DNA from: Octopus sinensis
Lineage: Eukaryota
Reading direction: 5' to 3'
Assembly: GCF_006345805.1 (NCBI RefSeq)
Contig: NW_021834104.1
Location: 1 to 26,545 of the forward strand
Length of the DNA: 26,545 bases
Below, in pieces: positions 24,265 through 26,545 of this stretch. Numbering within the stretch: position 1 is the stretch's first letter; every line of letters starts with the position of its first letter. The position numbers and the translations under genes are program-made. The notes under the pieces are model-generated. The model had not been told where the DNA came from and ran no database searches. It saw nothing but the letters and a program-made list of their open reading frames with translations.

Positions 24265-24439
24265 TGTGTGTGTTTGTGCATTTGCTGCAGATGTTGCTTT
24301 GACTCAGGTTAATGGCGTTCAAACAGAATTATTATCAACAGCATTCCACCCGGAAACATCTCCTTTTGTCATTTCCGCTGACCTTAAGATTATAAGATTG
24401 TATTATTCACTGCGACAGACACAAAGGCACATTCACACG

Positions 24440-24471
<32 letters not shown>

Positions 24472-24890
24472 CTCCCCCCACACACACACATACAAACATA
24501 CACACACGCACTCAGATTTACATACATACATGTTTGTGTGTGTGTGTGTGATTGTGTGTGTGTATGTGTGTGTGTGAATTAAGGCTTCCGTTGGTTTCAT
24601 GTAAAGAAAAGTAGGAAAAATATCCTAGTGTCTTAAATTTTCAAGCCGATCAAATGGAGAAAGGTGTTCGCCTCAGCTATGTTTTCCAAGATGGAAGCAA
24701 ACGCCTTTCTCCATGTGATTGGCTTTAAAAATTTTAAAGATACTAGGATATTTTCCTAGTTTTCTTAACATGGTAACCAATGGTAGCCTAAACTCATACA
24801 CACGCACGCACACACAGACACGTATGTATGTAAATGTATATATATTCATAGGTTCATATATGTATACATACACGCACGTTTATGTATATA

Positions 24891-25279
24891 CTAGCAGTAT
24901 CGCCCAGTGTTGCTCGGGTTTGTTTCGACCCTTAAGAATTGGAATTTTTGAAGAATAAAAATTTTGCATTATGTAGCTTGTTATTCTCTTTAAGTGAACA
25001 TTTTGCTGGTTGAAATACACCGAAAAATGGCGACACAGCAGTAAAAAAATCGTAAAAAATAGGGATCTTCATAGAAAAAAAGGACCTTTTTGATGTAAAT
25101 AATTTTTGGTGTTAACATGGGCCAATTTGAATTTTTTCTTCTATGGAAGGAAGAGCAAGCCTTCTATCATACTTTCAATTTTGGTCAACTTGCGCCGCAG
25201 GGTTTCGGAGGAGATAGTGTTAGTTGAAGGCTACCAAACCTGCCATACATAGACAACTTTAGCTTTATATATAGAGAGA
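24891..25279 (-). mobile_element. Non-autonomous Helitron
   Basis: Minus strand: A|TC start (TCTCTCTATATATAAAGCTAAAGTTG), 3' end ACAAACCCGAGCAACACTGGGCGATACTGCTAG|T. Confidence 0.8.
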
Positions 25280-25808
25280 TGTATACACACGCACACATAC
25301 AAACATATAAGAGGAGTTTGAATAATTTTAAAAAGCGGAATCTTAATATAAACATTACGGATTCGTACAAAAACTTGATTATCCGTCAGTCGATTCTTAG
25401 CGAATAGATTATAATACGTCTTGACGTGTTGATAAGCGGGATAAAAATGAAGTCAAAATCTTTGCCAAAATTATTTGTATGTGGCGTCTCTGCTAAAGTA
25501 TCAATATTAGAAAAGAGATAAGGTTTGAAAAACTGAAAACATCTTTATTATAATCTACGGATACTTTTATCTTGTCTGGTATTTTTCAAACGAAAAGCAC
25601 TTGGAAATGACTCGCCGTGAAACTGTTTAGTCCATACGATGCTTTCTCGGGACAAAAACTGCAGTAATTTGTTTATCTACAGTATCTATACATTAAGTTT
25701 CACATTTTTATAGCTATTTTAATTAAATATGTCATTAATTGCATATACCAGGCTTTTAATCCGCCGGGCAGCTATACGCATTATCAGTGAATGCTCTTTA
25801 TATATATA

Positions 25809-26110
25809 TCTTTATATATAAAAGTGAAGTTGTGTGAGTGTCTGTCTCCTACGATTTAGATTCCTAACTACTCCCACATTTTGCGATGCAGTTTAACCAA
25901 AACCGGGTATCTTATAGTCGTGATTCATATCGAGCCTTTCTGGGTATTAGCGCGCGTCTACGATGAGTCTACGATTAAAAAAAAAATTTACCATCAGTTT
26001 TTTCCATTTTAATGCATTTTTTTGCTATTATATACGGGAAGTAACTTTCTAAAAATGCTTATATAGTTATTTCCCTTACAAACCCGAGCAACGCCGGGCG
26101 ATACTGCTAG
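25809..26110 (+). mobile_element. Non-autonomous Helitron
   Basis: A|TC start (TCTTTATATATAAAAGTGAAGTTG), subterminal hairpin CCCGAGC-AAC-GCCGGG (26083-26098), CTAG|T end. Confidence 0.85.
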
Positions 26111-26112
26111 TA

Positions 26113-26171
26113 TGATTGATTGATTGATTCTAGTTTCAGCTTATGAGCTGTGGCCATGCTGGGGCACCGCC
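26113..26171 (-). mobile_element. SINE 3' tail fragment related to family E, with (ATCA)n end
   Basis: GGCGGTGCCCCAGCATGGCCACAGCTCATAAGCTGAAAC resembles the E tails at about 22225 and 23065. Confidence 0.55.
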
Positions 26172-26545
26172 ATTATATATATACTTAATATAAAATAGTG
26201 TACATTTAAACACAAGAAAAAACTACCTTTTAACAGGTAATATTTACATGCTAGAAGAAGCAGTCCAAACCACCACAACCACATTTGATAGCAATTTTCG
26301 AAGGAAATGAAAAATAAAAACTTTTACCTTGTTATTATTTATTTTTTTGCTGCTATACCTAGATTTCAAATTTCTTTAGCAAATAAGATAATTTGCTAGG
26401 CGAATTTTCATCAGTAACCGGCCTTAACAACTAACTTATGATTCAGAGACAGTTAACGCGTGTCTCATCATTATATGCTATAATTTTACAAAATTCAGCG
26501 CGCAAGCGCAGTTTCAATCAGCAGTAAATGGGTAATGTCGTGCTG

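Overview
Eukaryotic, AT-rich, repeat-saturated genomic DNA with no recognisable host protein-coding gene. The extreme microsatellite load and the tRNA-derived SINE families resemble Octopus/coleoid cephalopod DNA (inference from my recollection of these repeats; not database-checked). Nearly all six-frame ORFs are microsatellite artefacts. The real content is mobile DNA: about 17 SINE copies or fragments from five families, three 3' remnants of R4/Dong-like RLE non-LTR elements all tied to (TAA)n tracts, a 5'-truncated Tx1/L1-like element inside a (GATA)n tract, two Penelope-like (PLE) remnants, one CR1-group LINE remnant and two non-autonomous Helitrons. The most interesting object is at 2977-3521 (minus strand): a tRNA-headed SINE-like unit carrying a minimal hammerhead-ribozyme-like motif and an inverted duplication of its own 3' tail. 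This suggests a Pol III-driven, PLE-mobilised ribozyme SINE. It was itself hit by a Dong-like insertion at its (AAT)n linker, leaving an 18-bp target-site duplication (TSD). Element boundaries are read by eye and approximate unless a TSD is given.
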